Positions 55,360 through 64,000 of a stretch of 64,000 nucleotides of DNA are shown in pieces; the stretch's first letter is position 1; each line of letters starts with the position of its first letter. The notes under the pieces were generated by a model, which worked only from the letters and a program-made list of their open reading frames with translations, had not been told where the DNA came from and did no database searches. The translations under genes were made by a program, and so were the position numbers. Where the stretch lies: sequence record NC_047880.1; one strand, 5' to 3'.

Positions 55360-56343
55360 TTAAACTTGAAAGATACTCGTATACTCAGGGTATAAGAAAG
55401 ATGATGTGGACAACGTGTATGATTGTCCAGCAGTCCATGCAACTGATTGCACTATGTCACCGTCCTGATGAATATCAAATGACTCACACACAAATTTCTC
55501 AGCAGTCCACACAGGACACAGTGCTTTGGTTAGCAGATAGTCTTCTGTGTTTGATGCCGGCGTTACTCCGTGTAGCAAGCGACTGGTTTTTATCTGGGTG
55601 TACGTTGTATTGTACCAAGTATAGAAACCTACACCACTTCCGTTGTTTTGGTACAAATAGTATCTCCATACAGGCAGAGTACACACAACGCCATTTAGTG
55701 CTGGTATAACTGGTATTGCTATCTCTTGTCCTGCAACTACGTTGCCTGCCATCGACTGGCCGCCTGGTTTGGCCATAGCGCTCTGAGGTGAGGCGTAAGA
55801 GAAAGAGCTTTTATATGTGTCGTAGTAGTATAGATTTGTGCCAGAATTGGTAAATGCTGTTTGAGTTGAGGCCTCCGCAGCAGTAATACGCCATGCAGTT
55901 ACTGACGCAGCAAGGGTAGGGTCCATGTAATGGTATCGGAAATCGTACACGTTATTGTTGGTCGTTTTCGATGCACGAATTGCACTTCCTGTTGCTGTGC
56001 TGTACACTCCTGTGTCATTACCTCTATGCACGGAATACTCTTTGATTGCACGGTAGTCAGAGCCTAAACTGTCAGGCGCAACTACTTGATCCCCAGACGA
56101 AGTGTTGAAATACTCATTAGCGAAAGATGCAAGTGCACCAGTCATTACAGGATAGTATCGACCATCTTTGATACCAGAAGCAGGCGTGCAGGATATAGTT
56201 TGTCCATCATTGTTATATGCACAGCCTTTAGCTTTTGATACTGCCTGCATCCAATCTATACCAGCCTTAATCGTATTTGTATCAAGTCCATTGAATAGAA
56301 AAAGCGACTTGCGAGCAATAGCCAAGTCTGCTTTAACACGCAT
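55360..56343 (-). CDS. virion/fibre-like paralog (second subfamily)
   Basis: SLFLFNG, related to the 56379 and 57413 products; likely ATG 56343. Confidence 0.55.
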   Translation of the reverse strand: MRVKADLAIARKSLFLFNGLDTNTIKAGIDWMQAVSKAKGCAYNNDGQTISCTPASGIKDGRYYPVMTGALASFANEYFNTSSGDQVVAPDSLGSDYRAIKEYSVHRGNDTGVYSTATGSAIRASKTTNNNVYDFRYHYMDPTLAASVTAWRITAAEASTQTAFTNSGTNLYYYDTYKSSFSYASPQSAMAKPGGQSMAGNVVAGQEIAIPVIPALNGVVCTLPVWRYYLYQNNGSGVGFYTWYNTTYTQIKTSRLLHGVTPASNTEDYLLTKALCPVWTAEKFVCESFDIHQDGDIVQSVAWTAGQSYTLSTSSFLYPEYTSIFQV

Positions 56344-56378
56344 ACTACCTACAGATGCAAACTGCATACACACCTCGA

Positions 56379-57401
56379 TTAAATCAAGAATGACTTAGGA
56401 ATAACAATATCCGTAATCGCCGAGACTGTTATGTCAGGCTTGGTCGCAACAACGGTCTGTCCGTTCTGCACAAAGTCAGTTGATGCTCTGGCTATCTGAA
56501 CAATAGCTCGGCCTTCTTCCGTAGCAACAGGCATCATACCCCAAGTGATTGCGTAGTTTGGTGTATCAGCTTTTGTCAGCTTGCCATACATACGGTTAAC
56601 ATCGGACTGAACTATAGACGTCATAGGACCTGCGAAGTACGTTGTCTGGTAAAACCAACCACCACCTGTGAAGTTGTTCTGGCCGTACACAGACGTTCTG
56701 TACGAGGACAGAATTCTAGGTCCGTATAAACTTGCTAAGTTCAGAGACAACTCCGCACCAGCACTACCATTTCCTACACCAGTGTTCGAGCCTGTTAATA
56801 CCGAAGTACCGTTAAGGTCTTTCGACGTCAAAGCCAGAGTGTTCATCTGAGATGTAATGGAAGAAGTCCAGCTATATGTCGAAGTAGAACCGGACTGCGA
56901 GGAAGAGGGTGAGTAGCCAGAGTCCAACGTATTATACAGCGCAAGTCCCACATCTGTACCATCAAACGCAGGCATTAACATCACAGCAGTTGGTGCGAAG
57001 CCGTTATCGTCACTTGTATTTACATCTAAGTGCGAGCCTGCTTCTGCAATACCTGAGCCTGTAGACAGAGCACCGATAGAATAGAATCTGCGGAATACTT
57101 CACTGCCTGTGATAGACACGTTACCCCCAGGAATATTTGGAGGTGCGCCTGCATAGTTCGTTGTAGCAATTGCGAAGTACAGCTTATTCGTTTTCCAGCC
57201 CGCAGCACGACTGGTCAACATCTTGTTCGATGCGTTAACGTTGCCACTAAACGAACGAGCTTTGTTCATTGTATCTATTGCTGAGATGAGGGTGCTTTCG
57301 GAAGTCGGCGGAGTAGCATCATCTGTGAACAGAAACATTCTGCGTCGGGCCTGATTCAATTTCTGTTCAAGCAGGAAAGAGCCTTTCGCTGCATACATCA
57401 T
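56379..57401 (-). CDS. virion/fibre-like paralog (second subfamily)
   Basis: RRMFLFTDD, AGWKTNKLYF, MPAFDGT, ITWGMMP. Confidence 0.6.
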   Translation of the reverse strand: MMYAAKGSFLLEQKLNQARRRMFLFTDDATPPTSESTLISAIDTMNKARSFSGNVNASNKMLTSRAAGWKTNKLYFAIATTNYAGAPPNIPGGNVSITGSEVFRRFYSIGALSTGSGIAEAGSHLDVNTSDDNGFAPTAVMLMPAFDGTDVGLALYNTLDSGYSPSSSQSGSTSTYSWTSSITSQMNTLALTSKDLNGTSVLTGSNTGVGNGSAGAELSLNLASLYGPRILSSYRTSVYGQNNFTGGGWFYQTTYFAGPMTSIVQSDVNRMYGKLTKADTPNYAITWGMMPVATEEGRAIVQIARASTDFVQNGQTVVATKPDITVSAITDIVIPKSFLI

Positions 57402-57412
57402 AGGTTATTTCC

Positions 57413-58471
57413 TCATACAATATATTTCTTATCCATACTCAATGCTGTGACTTCTCTCATTTGCATAACAGGCTTCACTCCTGGTGTAGTTAAACCTATC
57501 TGGTCGAAGTCAGTTCCTGCACGAAGTACGATTGCGTACAGAGGTACATCAGGCTTATCACCTGAGATAGGCATCATACCCCATGTGAGTGAGTAATCAG
57601 CAGTATCTGGTTTCGATGAAGCGATACCAAACAAATAGTTCTCGTCTTTTACTGCGGTTGTTGAATTCAAAGGTCCATAGGAATAGTTAGACGTAGTGCC
57701 TGTGACTGTCTCACTGTAAGGGCTCTTAGATACTGTGTACACCCAGGTGCTGGGCGCAAACAATCTAGGACCAAGTGAACCTGCCGAAGTTGTATAGACA
57801 CCACCATTAGATATATCACTCCCTGTTTTGAATATATACGCAGTATCAGCCGTGAAATTTAACTGAGTAATCTCCGTATAGTTCAACATAGTAGTCGTGG
57901 TCGTGGTCCAACGAGAAGTCACGATACCCAAGCTTGTCTGACTAGAGCCAGACGAAGATGTAGAAAGAGTAGGCAACGAGTCAGGTAACGAGCGCAGAGG
58001 CGTAGACAATTGACTGACCTGGGTACCATCGAATGCAGGCATTGACATTACGTGATCAAGTGGTGCTCTTGGTACTGCATGATCAAGTGTCTCAAGTACA
58101 GAACCTGTTCCATCATAGTATGTACCTGGATTCGATCTACCCATGCTATAGTATCTGGAGAACATATCAAAAACAGTTACAGTTTTCGATGCCTGCGCTC
58201 TCGATATAGAGGTGTCAGTAGGCAATACAGATGGTACAAAATTGTAATACAGACGATTGTTTTTCCAACCTGCTGATCGCACACATGACATTGAAAGGTC
58301 TGCATTCAGTTTAGCGCAGAAACCTCTTGCTGCATTTATCTTCCCAACAACCGTCTGCACTGAATCGTATCTGTCAGGCACAACAACGTCATCAGAGAAA
58401 AGGAACATGCGTTGAGCCGCTAGCTTGGCTTTCTTCTCCAGAACCCATGCTGCGTTTGATACGAATAGCAT
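57413..58471 (-). CDS. virion/fibre-like paralog (second subfamily)
   Basis: QRMFLFSDD, AGWKNNRLYY, MPAFDGT, LTWGMMP. Confidence 0.6.
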   Translation of the reverse strand: MLFVSNAAWVLEKKAKLAAQRMFLFSDDVVVPDRYDSVQTVVGKINAARGFCAKLNADLSMSCVRSAGWKNNRLYYNFVPSVLPTDTSISRAQASKTVTVFDMFSRYYSMGRSNPGTYYDGTGSVLETLDHAVPRAPLDHVMSMPAFDGTQVSQLSTPLRSLPDSLPTLSTSSSGSSQTSLGIVTSRWTTTTTTMLNYTEITQLNFTADTAYIFKTGSDISNGGVYTTSAGSLGPRLFAPSTWVYTVSKSPYSETVTGTTSNYSYGPLNSTTAVKDENYLFGIASSKPDTADYSLTWGMMPISGDKPDVPLYAIVLRAGTDFDQIGLTTPGVKPVMQMREVTALSMDKKYIV

Positions 58472-58513
58472 ATACTCTCCTCAGTATAACCTAATGCTTC
58501 TATTGGAAATGCG

Positions 58514-58550
58514 AAAGGGGCAGTACCTCAGAAGATACATGCCCCTTTTT
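58514..58550. terminator. hairpin terminator
   Basis: AAAGGGGCA...TGCCCCTTTTT. Confidence 0.55.
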
Positions 58551-58551
58551 G

Positions 58552-59133
58552 TTATACCAGCAAGCGGCCGGCTATTGTGACTGCTACACCGTTAAGAGTA
58601 GTATCAACTGTTTCTGGTGCAGTAACACGGAGCTGATCGCCAGAGACTAAGATAATCTCTTGACCGATGTAAGCACCAACAGCAGCAAATACACCTGTCT
58701 TAGATGCAGCCGCGAAAGTGATAGTACCAATCTGAATGACAGATGCAGTGAGTGAATCGTATACGTTCACTTTGAACACGCTACTTGCGGTCGCTGCGGT
58801 ATCAGCTTGAGCCATACTGCCTGCAAAGTTAGTGGTGATTGCAGTCGTGCGCACAGATAAATAACGCGCGATCTCCTGAGCACCAGCATAACGTTTAAGC
58901 ATAGACAGTCCGACGTCATATGGATTGACAGACTGGAGTTGAGAAACCCACTTAGCACGTACAGTCGAGTAGACATATATGCCAGGTTGGTTCTGGCCAA
59001 CAACAGCAGTCAAGTACCAGACACGTCCGTTCGTCGGGCTTGATGGAAAAGCAGGACCTGATGAATTGGGGTCACCTGGTACTCGTGTGATCTGGGATTG
59101 CTGTCCAGCGAGTTGAATACCAAAAGAGTACAT
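58552..59133 (-). CDS. putative virion protein
   Basis: FPSSPTNGRVWY N-terminal motif typical of phage structural proteins. Confidence 0.55.
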   Translation of the reverse strand: MYSFGIQLAGQQSQITRVPGDPNSSGPAFPSSPTNGRVWYLTAVVGQNQPGIYVYSTVRAKWVSQLQSVNPYDVGLSMLKRYAGAQEIARYLSVRTTAITTNFAGSMAQADTAATASSVFKVNVYDSLTASVIQIGTITFAAASKTGVFAAVGAYIGQEIILVSGDQLRVTAPETVDTTLNGVAVTIAGRLLV

Positions 59134-59143
59134 AATGTTTCTC

Positions 59144-59365
59144 CTACGCTACGCGCACTTCACCGCTAACGGCATACGGGAACGTAACTTTGACTGTGTT
59201 GTTATCGACGATCACCACATCAAGCGGAAGCACCTGATGTAACAAACCGTCCGGCATGTTCACGCACGTAGTTACAACTACTGGTCTGCCGAAGTTATGA
59301 ACAATTGTCCATTCGGTGGCAGGCTCCTGTTGAACGTGCGACTTACCCATCGAATAATTGAGCAT
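59144..59365 (-). CDS. small virion protein, one W-x-I-x-HN-x-G module
   Basis: WTIVHNFGRPVVV...NTVKVTF...SGEV. Confidence 0.65.
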   Translation of the reverse strand: MLNYSMGKSHVQQEPATEWTIVHNFGRPVVVTTCVNMPDGLLHQVLPLDVVIVDNNTVKVTFPYAVSGEVRVA

Positions 59366-59377
59366 AAGTCCTCGTTG

Positions 59378-60307
59378 TTAAAGATTGTAGATCGCTGCTG
59401 GTATGCGGACTAGCGGCAGGCTGTCTGAGAAACTTCCTTGATACACATCACCGGGAATCATTGATTCAGGCACTGTGAATTCGCTCTCGTCTAGCAAGTA
59501 CATCAGAAAATCATTAGCACCCGTGTACACAACGATAGCAGCCCACGAGATGTTTACTGATTCATCCGTAGAGGCAACTACAGGCAGACGGGCAGTGCGC
59601 TTAGACGTCGTACCGTTCGAAAACGCAGGGAAGCTTGTACTGCGATTCACTCCACAAAACGAAATACCTTTCAATGTGGAAATGTTTACGCTTATACCCG
59701 CGTCCATTGTGAAGTTTATCGTGCTTGTGGAGTTACCGTAGTTATAACCGTACGCAGTGTTCTGACCGTTCGTTGTATCAGTATGCGCGTTGGCTAACAT
59801 ACTGATCGACGTGGTGGACGGATATGGGTTCGTGTTAGCTCTAGACGACATACCCACAGGAGGAATAGAGATTCGAGCACTTCCACCTATAGCTCTGACT
59901 GCTTGAGGGACTAGGTACACAGCAGTAACATCCGTTGTATTGAACGTTACACCATAACCACCAGCCCATGACGGACCCACATCTTGCAGCGTCGGACCAC
60001 TACCTCTTCGATTGTTTTCCTGCACACCACTTTCCATGGGAATAGCAGAGAGTGAGAAAGTATCATCAGAAGTAAAGTCCAAGTCAATACGCATATAAGA
60101 CATTTTGGTCAGATAGTACGTGCTGCCTAGTCGGCCTCTAACTGGGTTCAGATTGAAGTTTCTGCCCAGCATAGAGTATACGGTAGTACGAGCTTCTCCC
60201 TGCGTTGCCTTCCAATCTGCAAGAGACTTGACGTCCTTTGAGGTTGTTTCATCGAAGAACGATGCGTACCGCAGAACACTATCTGTAGAGAGAAGTGCCA
60301 TCTGCAT
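59378..60307 (-). CDS. virion/fibre-like paralog
   Basis: ISWAAIVV C-terminal motif shared with the array. Confidence 0.5.
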   Translation of the reverse strand: MQMALLSTDSVLRYASFFDETTSKDVKSLADWKATQGEARTTVYSMLGRNFNLNPVRGRLGSTYYLTKMSYMRIDLDFTSDDTFSLSAIPMESGVQENNRRGSGPTLQDVGPSWAGGYGVTFNTTDVTAVYLVPQAVRAIGGSARISIPPVGMSSRANTNPYPSTTSISMLANAHTDTTNGQNTAYGYNYGNSTSTINFTMDAGISVNISTLKGISFCGVNRSTSFPAFSNGTTSKRTARLPVVASTDESVNISWAAIVVYTGANDFLMYLLDESEFTVPESMIPGDVYQGSFSDSLPLVRIPAAIYNL

Positions 60308-60320
60308 ACTAACCTCCAGA

Positions 60321-60917
60321 TTAATACAGGACTACGGTACCAGACTGAGCAGAATCGAATGTAATGGTCAACTGGCTTGTACTGTTATGCACAATAGACT
60401 GCGGCTGAACTTCTTTGCTGCCCTGATATACACGCACAGCAGGATTGTAGCCGAGGTTATGAGTCACGACCCATACAGCTTCATCAGTGTATGACGCAGT
60501 GAATGCAACAGTAGGCGCAGGCAGACCAGACTCAATACCAGACAGCAGGACAGCAGTACCTGCCACAGGCTCTGGGAAGAGTACAACGATGTTGTTTGCG
60601 TCGGTTGCGTGAATCGAGGAGGGCATGACCACATCACCGTTTTCATCGTAACACTGTACGATAGGTGTTGCAGAGTTCATGTTGTGCGCGATTTCCCAGC
60701 GTGAGCTGGCGGCGGGTTGCTTGTAACGGTACATCGTCATTTGCTGAGTAAGCGGAACCCACACAGGGAGTTCTGCGATCTCAACACACAGCATCAAACG
60801 CTTGTCCATGAAGATTGCCATGCCCGGCTTAGGGTTAGATGGCCAGTCAGTCGCAATGTCGAAAGCGAATTGACTAAGGGAACCAAACGTAAGATCGAGT
60901 GTTCCGTAGAGTTTCAT
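60321..60917 (-). CDS. virion protein with two W-x-I-x-HN modules
   Basis: WEIAHNM and WVVTHNLG; AGGAG RBS before ATG 60917. Confidence 0.65.
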   Translation of the reverse strand: MKLYGTLDLTFGSLSQFAFDIATDWPSNPKPGMAIFMDKRLMLCVEIAELPVWVPLTQQMTMYRYKQPAASSRWEIAHNMNSATPIVQCYDENGDVVMPSSIHATDANNIVVLFPEPVAGTAVLLSGIESGLPAPTVAFTASYTDEAVWVVTHNLGYNPAVRVYQGSKEVQPQSIVHNSTSQLTITFDSAQSGTVVLY

Positions 60918-60935
60918 AAATCTCTCCTGAATAGT

Positions 60936-60965
60936 AAAAAGGGTGAGCACAGGCCCACCCCTTTT
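60936..60965 (-). terminator. Rho-independent terminator downstream of the 537-aa gene
   Basis: Imperfect GGGTG/CACCC stem followed by T run on - strand. Confidence 0.6.
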
Positions 60966-60996
60966 GGATGCTTCTATTAACTTACTTGCTTAACGC

Positions 60997-62610
60997 TTAG
61001 ACTTCAACGTAAGCATTGACACCGGTTACGAATGCGATTGCAACTTTCTTCGCAGTAGACAGTTCTACGCGCAGGCTGTTAGCATCAACAAACACAACTT
61101 CATCAGGGATGATCTGATAGCCAGTGTCATCAACAACGGTAACGGTACCGTACTTCACACCAGCGTTATGCGTGAAGGTGTGAGCAGTTGCAGCAGCATC
61201 GCCACCAGCAGTTTTGTCGTACTGATACAGTTTAGCAGCACCAGAAGCGGAGCCAGCAGCAACTGCGTCATCGACATATTTCTTGGAGACAACAGACGCA
61301 TCAACCAGTGGGTCTTCGCCAGTCAGAGTCAGGGCACCAACTTCACCGCCTTCTGCATCAATGAAGCCAGCAGTTTTCAGAGCAGCGGTATCAACGATGA
61401 TTTTGCTTGTACCAGCGTCTTTAGTCAGACCAGCACCCAGAGCAGCAGCAGCGATCTTCGCATAAGTAACGCCGTCGTCAGCGATACCGATACCATCAAC
61501 AGTACGAGACAGTGAAGAACCGTTCAGTTTAACACGGGCTTTGTTGGCGTTGAACTCCAGGCCGCTGTTAGTGTCGAGGCCGAGGGTCACAGCGTTGTCA
61601 GTGATAACAATACCGTCGCCAGTCTTAACGTTAACAACGTTCGCTACTTTCTCCAAACCGTTACCCGGGTTGAAGTCAGAAGCACCGCCGAAGCTGCCCC
61701 ATGCAGTACCATCGAAGCGACGGTAGTCAGTGTCTGCTTTAGACCAAGTAACAGCACCACCAGCTTCTGGGCTAGTAGGGTCGAACTTGATAACGAACGC
61801 AGAACCAACGTACTGAACGATCATGTTGTCGGTCAGGCCAGTGATAGTGCCGAAGTTCGGGTTGATGGTTTCAGCATCCAGAATCAGGTAACGCTTGCCA
61901 GCAACCAGCTCCGGGTCAAGAGTACCGTCAGTCTGAATCGCGTCGATATCAGCTAACCAGTCGATACCAGCGATTGCGTTGTCGATATCGATCTTACGAG
62001 CGGCATCGTTCGGGCTTGAAGGTGCGGCCAGATTGGTAACAGTGTTACCGTCTGCATTCAGGTCACCAGTCAGTGTACCGTTAGCAGCATCCAGTTTACC
62101 AGCTACATCAGTCGTCAGGTCAGACACATCACCACTGATAGTGGTCAGCTGGGTCTGGATGCCAGAAGTAACACCAGACAGATAGCCGAGTTCAGCAGCA
62201 GTGACCGTTGAAGTTTGCAGGGCATTATCAGCACCAGCAATAACAACGCCGTTCTGAGTCAGACCAGTGATTTTGTCTTGCTTGGTACCGACAACGGTTT
62301 CTACGTGTTTCTTAGAAACAGCAGCGTTATCAGCAGAAGCAGACTGGTCATCACCAGACAGTTCGAGGTCAGCAGTCATTGCCACGGTACCGTCAGCCAG
62401 AATAACTCCGTCTAACGATGCTCCGCCTTCGCCCAGTGCCTTGATTACAGTGCCATCGAAGTATTTGTATTTACCTTCGGTGGTGTTGAACCACAGGCGG
62501 CCAGTTTGTGCTGCAACCAAATCACCTACGACCGGATCTGTATCAAGATTTTCCGGACGGAAGTTCTTAATTGCTGCACCTAACATTAAATCAAGATTAC
62601 CAGTACGCAT
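60997..62610 (-). CDS. probable abundant fibre/whisker structural protein
   Basis: 537 aa, Gly/Ala/Thr/Asp-rich; LAAPSSPNDAA, GNGLEK...TGDGI shaft-like repeats; C-terminal HN module; visibly strong codon bias. Confidence 0.65.
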   Translation of the reverse strand: MRTGNLDLMLGAAIKNFRPENLDTDPVVGDLVAAQTGRLWFNTTEGKYKYFDGTVIKALGEGGASLDGVILADGTVAMTADLELSGDDQSASADNAAVSKKHVETVVGTKQDKITGLTQNGVVIAGADNALQTSTVTAAELGYLSGVTSGIQTQLTTISGDVSDLTTDVAGKLDAANGTLTGDLNADGNTVTNLAAPSSPNDAARKIDIDNAIAGIDWLADIDAIQTDGTLDPELVAGKRYLILDAETINPNFGTITGLTDNMIVQYVGSAFVIKFDPTSPEAGGAVTWSKADTDYRRFDGTAWGSFGGASDFNPGNGLEKVANVVNVKTGDGIVITDNAVTLGLDTNSGLEFNANKARVKLNGSSLSRTVDGIGIADDGVTYAKIAAAALGAGLTKDAGTSKIIVDTAALKTAGFIDAEGGEVGALTLTGEDPLVDASVVSKKYVDDAVAAGSASGAAKLYQYDKTAGGDAAATAHTFTHNAGVKYGTVTVVDDTGYQIIPDEVVFVDANSLRVELSTAKKVAIAFVTGVNAYVEV

Positions 62611-62633
62611 TGTATTCTCCTAGTGCGCGGGAT

Positions 62634-63377
62634 TTAGAAAAACTGACTGTCACATTCACCTAAACTACAACGTAGTCTTTGGTATGCAGCAACACGTTCT
62701 TCAATGAGATTAATATACTTGTCGTCGATACTGAACTTCGCTCGTAACGGCGCTTCATAGTCATCGAGTAAGTGATGCCTCTTGTACACGTCGGCACGAA
62801 GAAGCGGTGTGCTAACCCCAGTACATTCCATAATACTAAGATCAATTTTGTCGGCATAAATGAAAGGCCGCTCCCGTTTACACAGGATATAATCTATCTC
62901 ATGTAAATTAAAGAGTGTGAAATTCATATAGCCAATAATGAACTCTGCGATAAGCCTGAACGATTCAGACATATCTTGCCTGAGCTGTTGTGTGAGTATC
63001 TGACCAATCAGCGGAGTTATTTCTTGTCGCAGATCGGTCCAAGTCTCATACAGCGGCACGGGAAAATCTTCAGGATGTGCTTCCATAATAGCAAGCACAT
63101 TACGCTCCATATCAGCGAACGATGTTAGAACGTCAGCAGCGTCAACTTCCGTGACGACACCACTGCCTGTTAGAATGAATCTGCATTCAACGTCTCTTAA
63201 CCACGATTCAGATGCGGATAAGTATTGGAGTAAAATTTCTCTGGCTCCAGCAGTGAAATCATGCCGTTCGGAGTCAAGAACCTCACTGAGCATGAAAGCC
63301 TTTGCCTTGTAGAAATCAATATAACGTTCGGCAGTAAATCGTCGAAACGCTATGTTATTTCTCAAGTAGCCTGTCAT
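62634..63377 (-). CDS. hypothetical protein
   Basis: 247-aa ORF coupled to upstream gene. Confidence 0.6.
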   Translation of the reverse strand: MTGYLRNNIAFRRFTAERYIDFYKAKAFMLSEVLDSERHDFTAGAREILLQYLSASESWLRDVECRFILTGSGVVTEVDAADVLTSFADMERNVLAIMEAHPEDFPVPLYETWTDLRQEITPLIGQILTQQLRQDMSESFRLIAEFIIGYMNFTLFNLHEIDYILCKRERPFIYADKIDLSIMECTGVSTPLLRADVYKRHHLLDDYEAPLRAKFSIDDKYINLIEERVAAYQRLRCSLGECDSQFF

Positions 63378-63889
63378 CGCAACGCCCTCAGATCATTTAC
63401 GCCCGAACCACCAGGTGCATTCGGGGACGTATACAAGGAACTCGACAAGCTGTGCAGTCTGAGACTGAGCGAGCCAAGTTCTTGTCGCAGATCGCTTATA
63501 CCATCGAGCACTTCACGCATTAAGTCGGAAGAGGATTGATGATCACGCGATTGTTGGGAGATGATTCGCTCGAAGCGTTGAATAGCTCTGAGCACTGAAT
63601 TCAAACCCTCTTTCATATCTAAATTATCGACTGGTGCAGACTCGGAAAATGCCTGAACAGCTTTCTTAATCTCTTCCAGTTCAGCAGACACAGTAACTGA
63701 ATCGTACTGGCCTGTTGGGTCTTCGTCTATTTCTGCTAACCTTGCTTTCGCTTGCTCCAGCTCTTCCATCATGGGAATGACTTTCAACCAATAAAAGCCT
63801 CCCCCTAGAATGAGCGCAATAACTGAAAGAGCAGTTGCATACTCGGACGCAAGCAGTTGCCCTAAGATATCCGTCCACATTCTATTCAA
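63374..63889 (-). CDS. membrane-anchored coiled-coil protein
   Basis: TM ALSVIALILGGGFYWL then heptads. Confidence 0.65.
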   Translation of the reverse strand: MNRMWTDILGQLLASEYATALSVIALILGGGFYWLKVIPMMEELEQAKARLAEIDEDPTGQYDSVTVSAELEEIKKAVQAFSESAPVDNLDMKEGLNSVLRAIQRFERIISQQSRDHQSSSDLMREVLDGISDLRQELGSLSLRLHSLSSSLYTSPNAPGGSGVNDLRALR

Positions 63890-64000
63890 CCCTTACAGGT
63901 GTTCTCATTAAGTTCGATGATAACCCTCTGAGCACCTGGTTCGTTTACGTCAGTGGTTTTATACGTGTGCGCCATCCGAGGCTTGAACTCTAAGCAGCTT

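Noticed and set aside
46051-60307. Diversity-generating retroelement or invertible shufflon
   Set aside because: No reverse transcriptase, recombinase, long template/variable repeat pair or inverted crossover sites are seen
1-64000. Stop-codon recoding, tRNA or rRNA genes
   Set aside because: Genes are intact in code 11 with TAA, TAG and TGA all used as stops; no cloverleaf or rRNA-like sequence was noticed by eye (tRNAscan not run)

Overview
This window is a 64-kb segment of a large lytic dsDNA (jumbo) myovirus in genetic code 11. It has a T4-like terminase and portal. The gene content resembles the Erwinia Y3 / Dickeya AD1-JA 'hairy' jumbo phages, but that is inference and I ran no search. 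A + strand block (1-44.6 kb) carries a DnaB helicase, an intein-containing terminase, a portal, a 5'-3' exonuclease, nucleotide-metabolism enzymes, DNA-modification enzymes and many accessory genes. It meets a - strand block (44.6-64 kb) at a bidirectional terminator. The - strand block holds lysis genes and a long tandem array of paralogous virion/fibre-like genes. The most notable system is a probable cytosine carboxymethylation and hypermodification pathway with three parts: a CmoA-like carboxy-SAM synthase that keeps the catalytic Arg, a PP-loop amide-ligase-like enzyme, and, 17 kb away, a C5-cytosine methyltransferase homologue whose motif X Asn is replaced by Arg and whose catalytic Cys is interrupted by an intein. 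Inside the CmoA/ligase locus sits an unannotated 49-aa peptide with ten Asp-Pro-Ala repeats. It has its own RBS, promoter-like motifs and terminator, and lies directly upstream of a prolyl-4-hydroxylase-like 2OG-Fe(II) oxygenase, which suggests a dedicated peptide/enzyme module. Other highlights are a stand-alone peptide resembling the ribonucleotide-reductase C-terminal CxxC tail, a frameshifted Toprim gene, a possible nucleotide-sponge protein, a spanin-like lipoprotein with a C-terminal TM segment, and two recurrent promoter-like motifs. I saw no tRNA, rRNA or CRISPR array. All family assignments come from motif recognition by eye.
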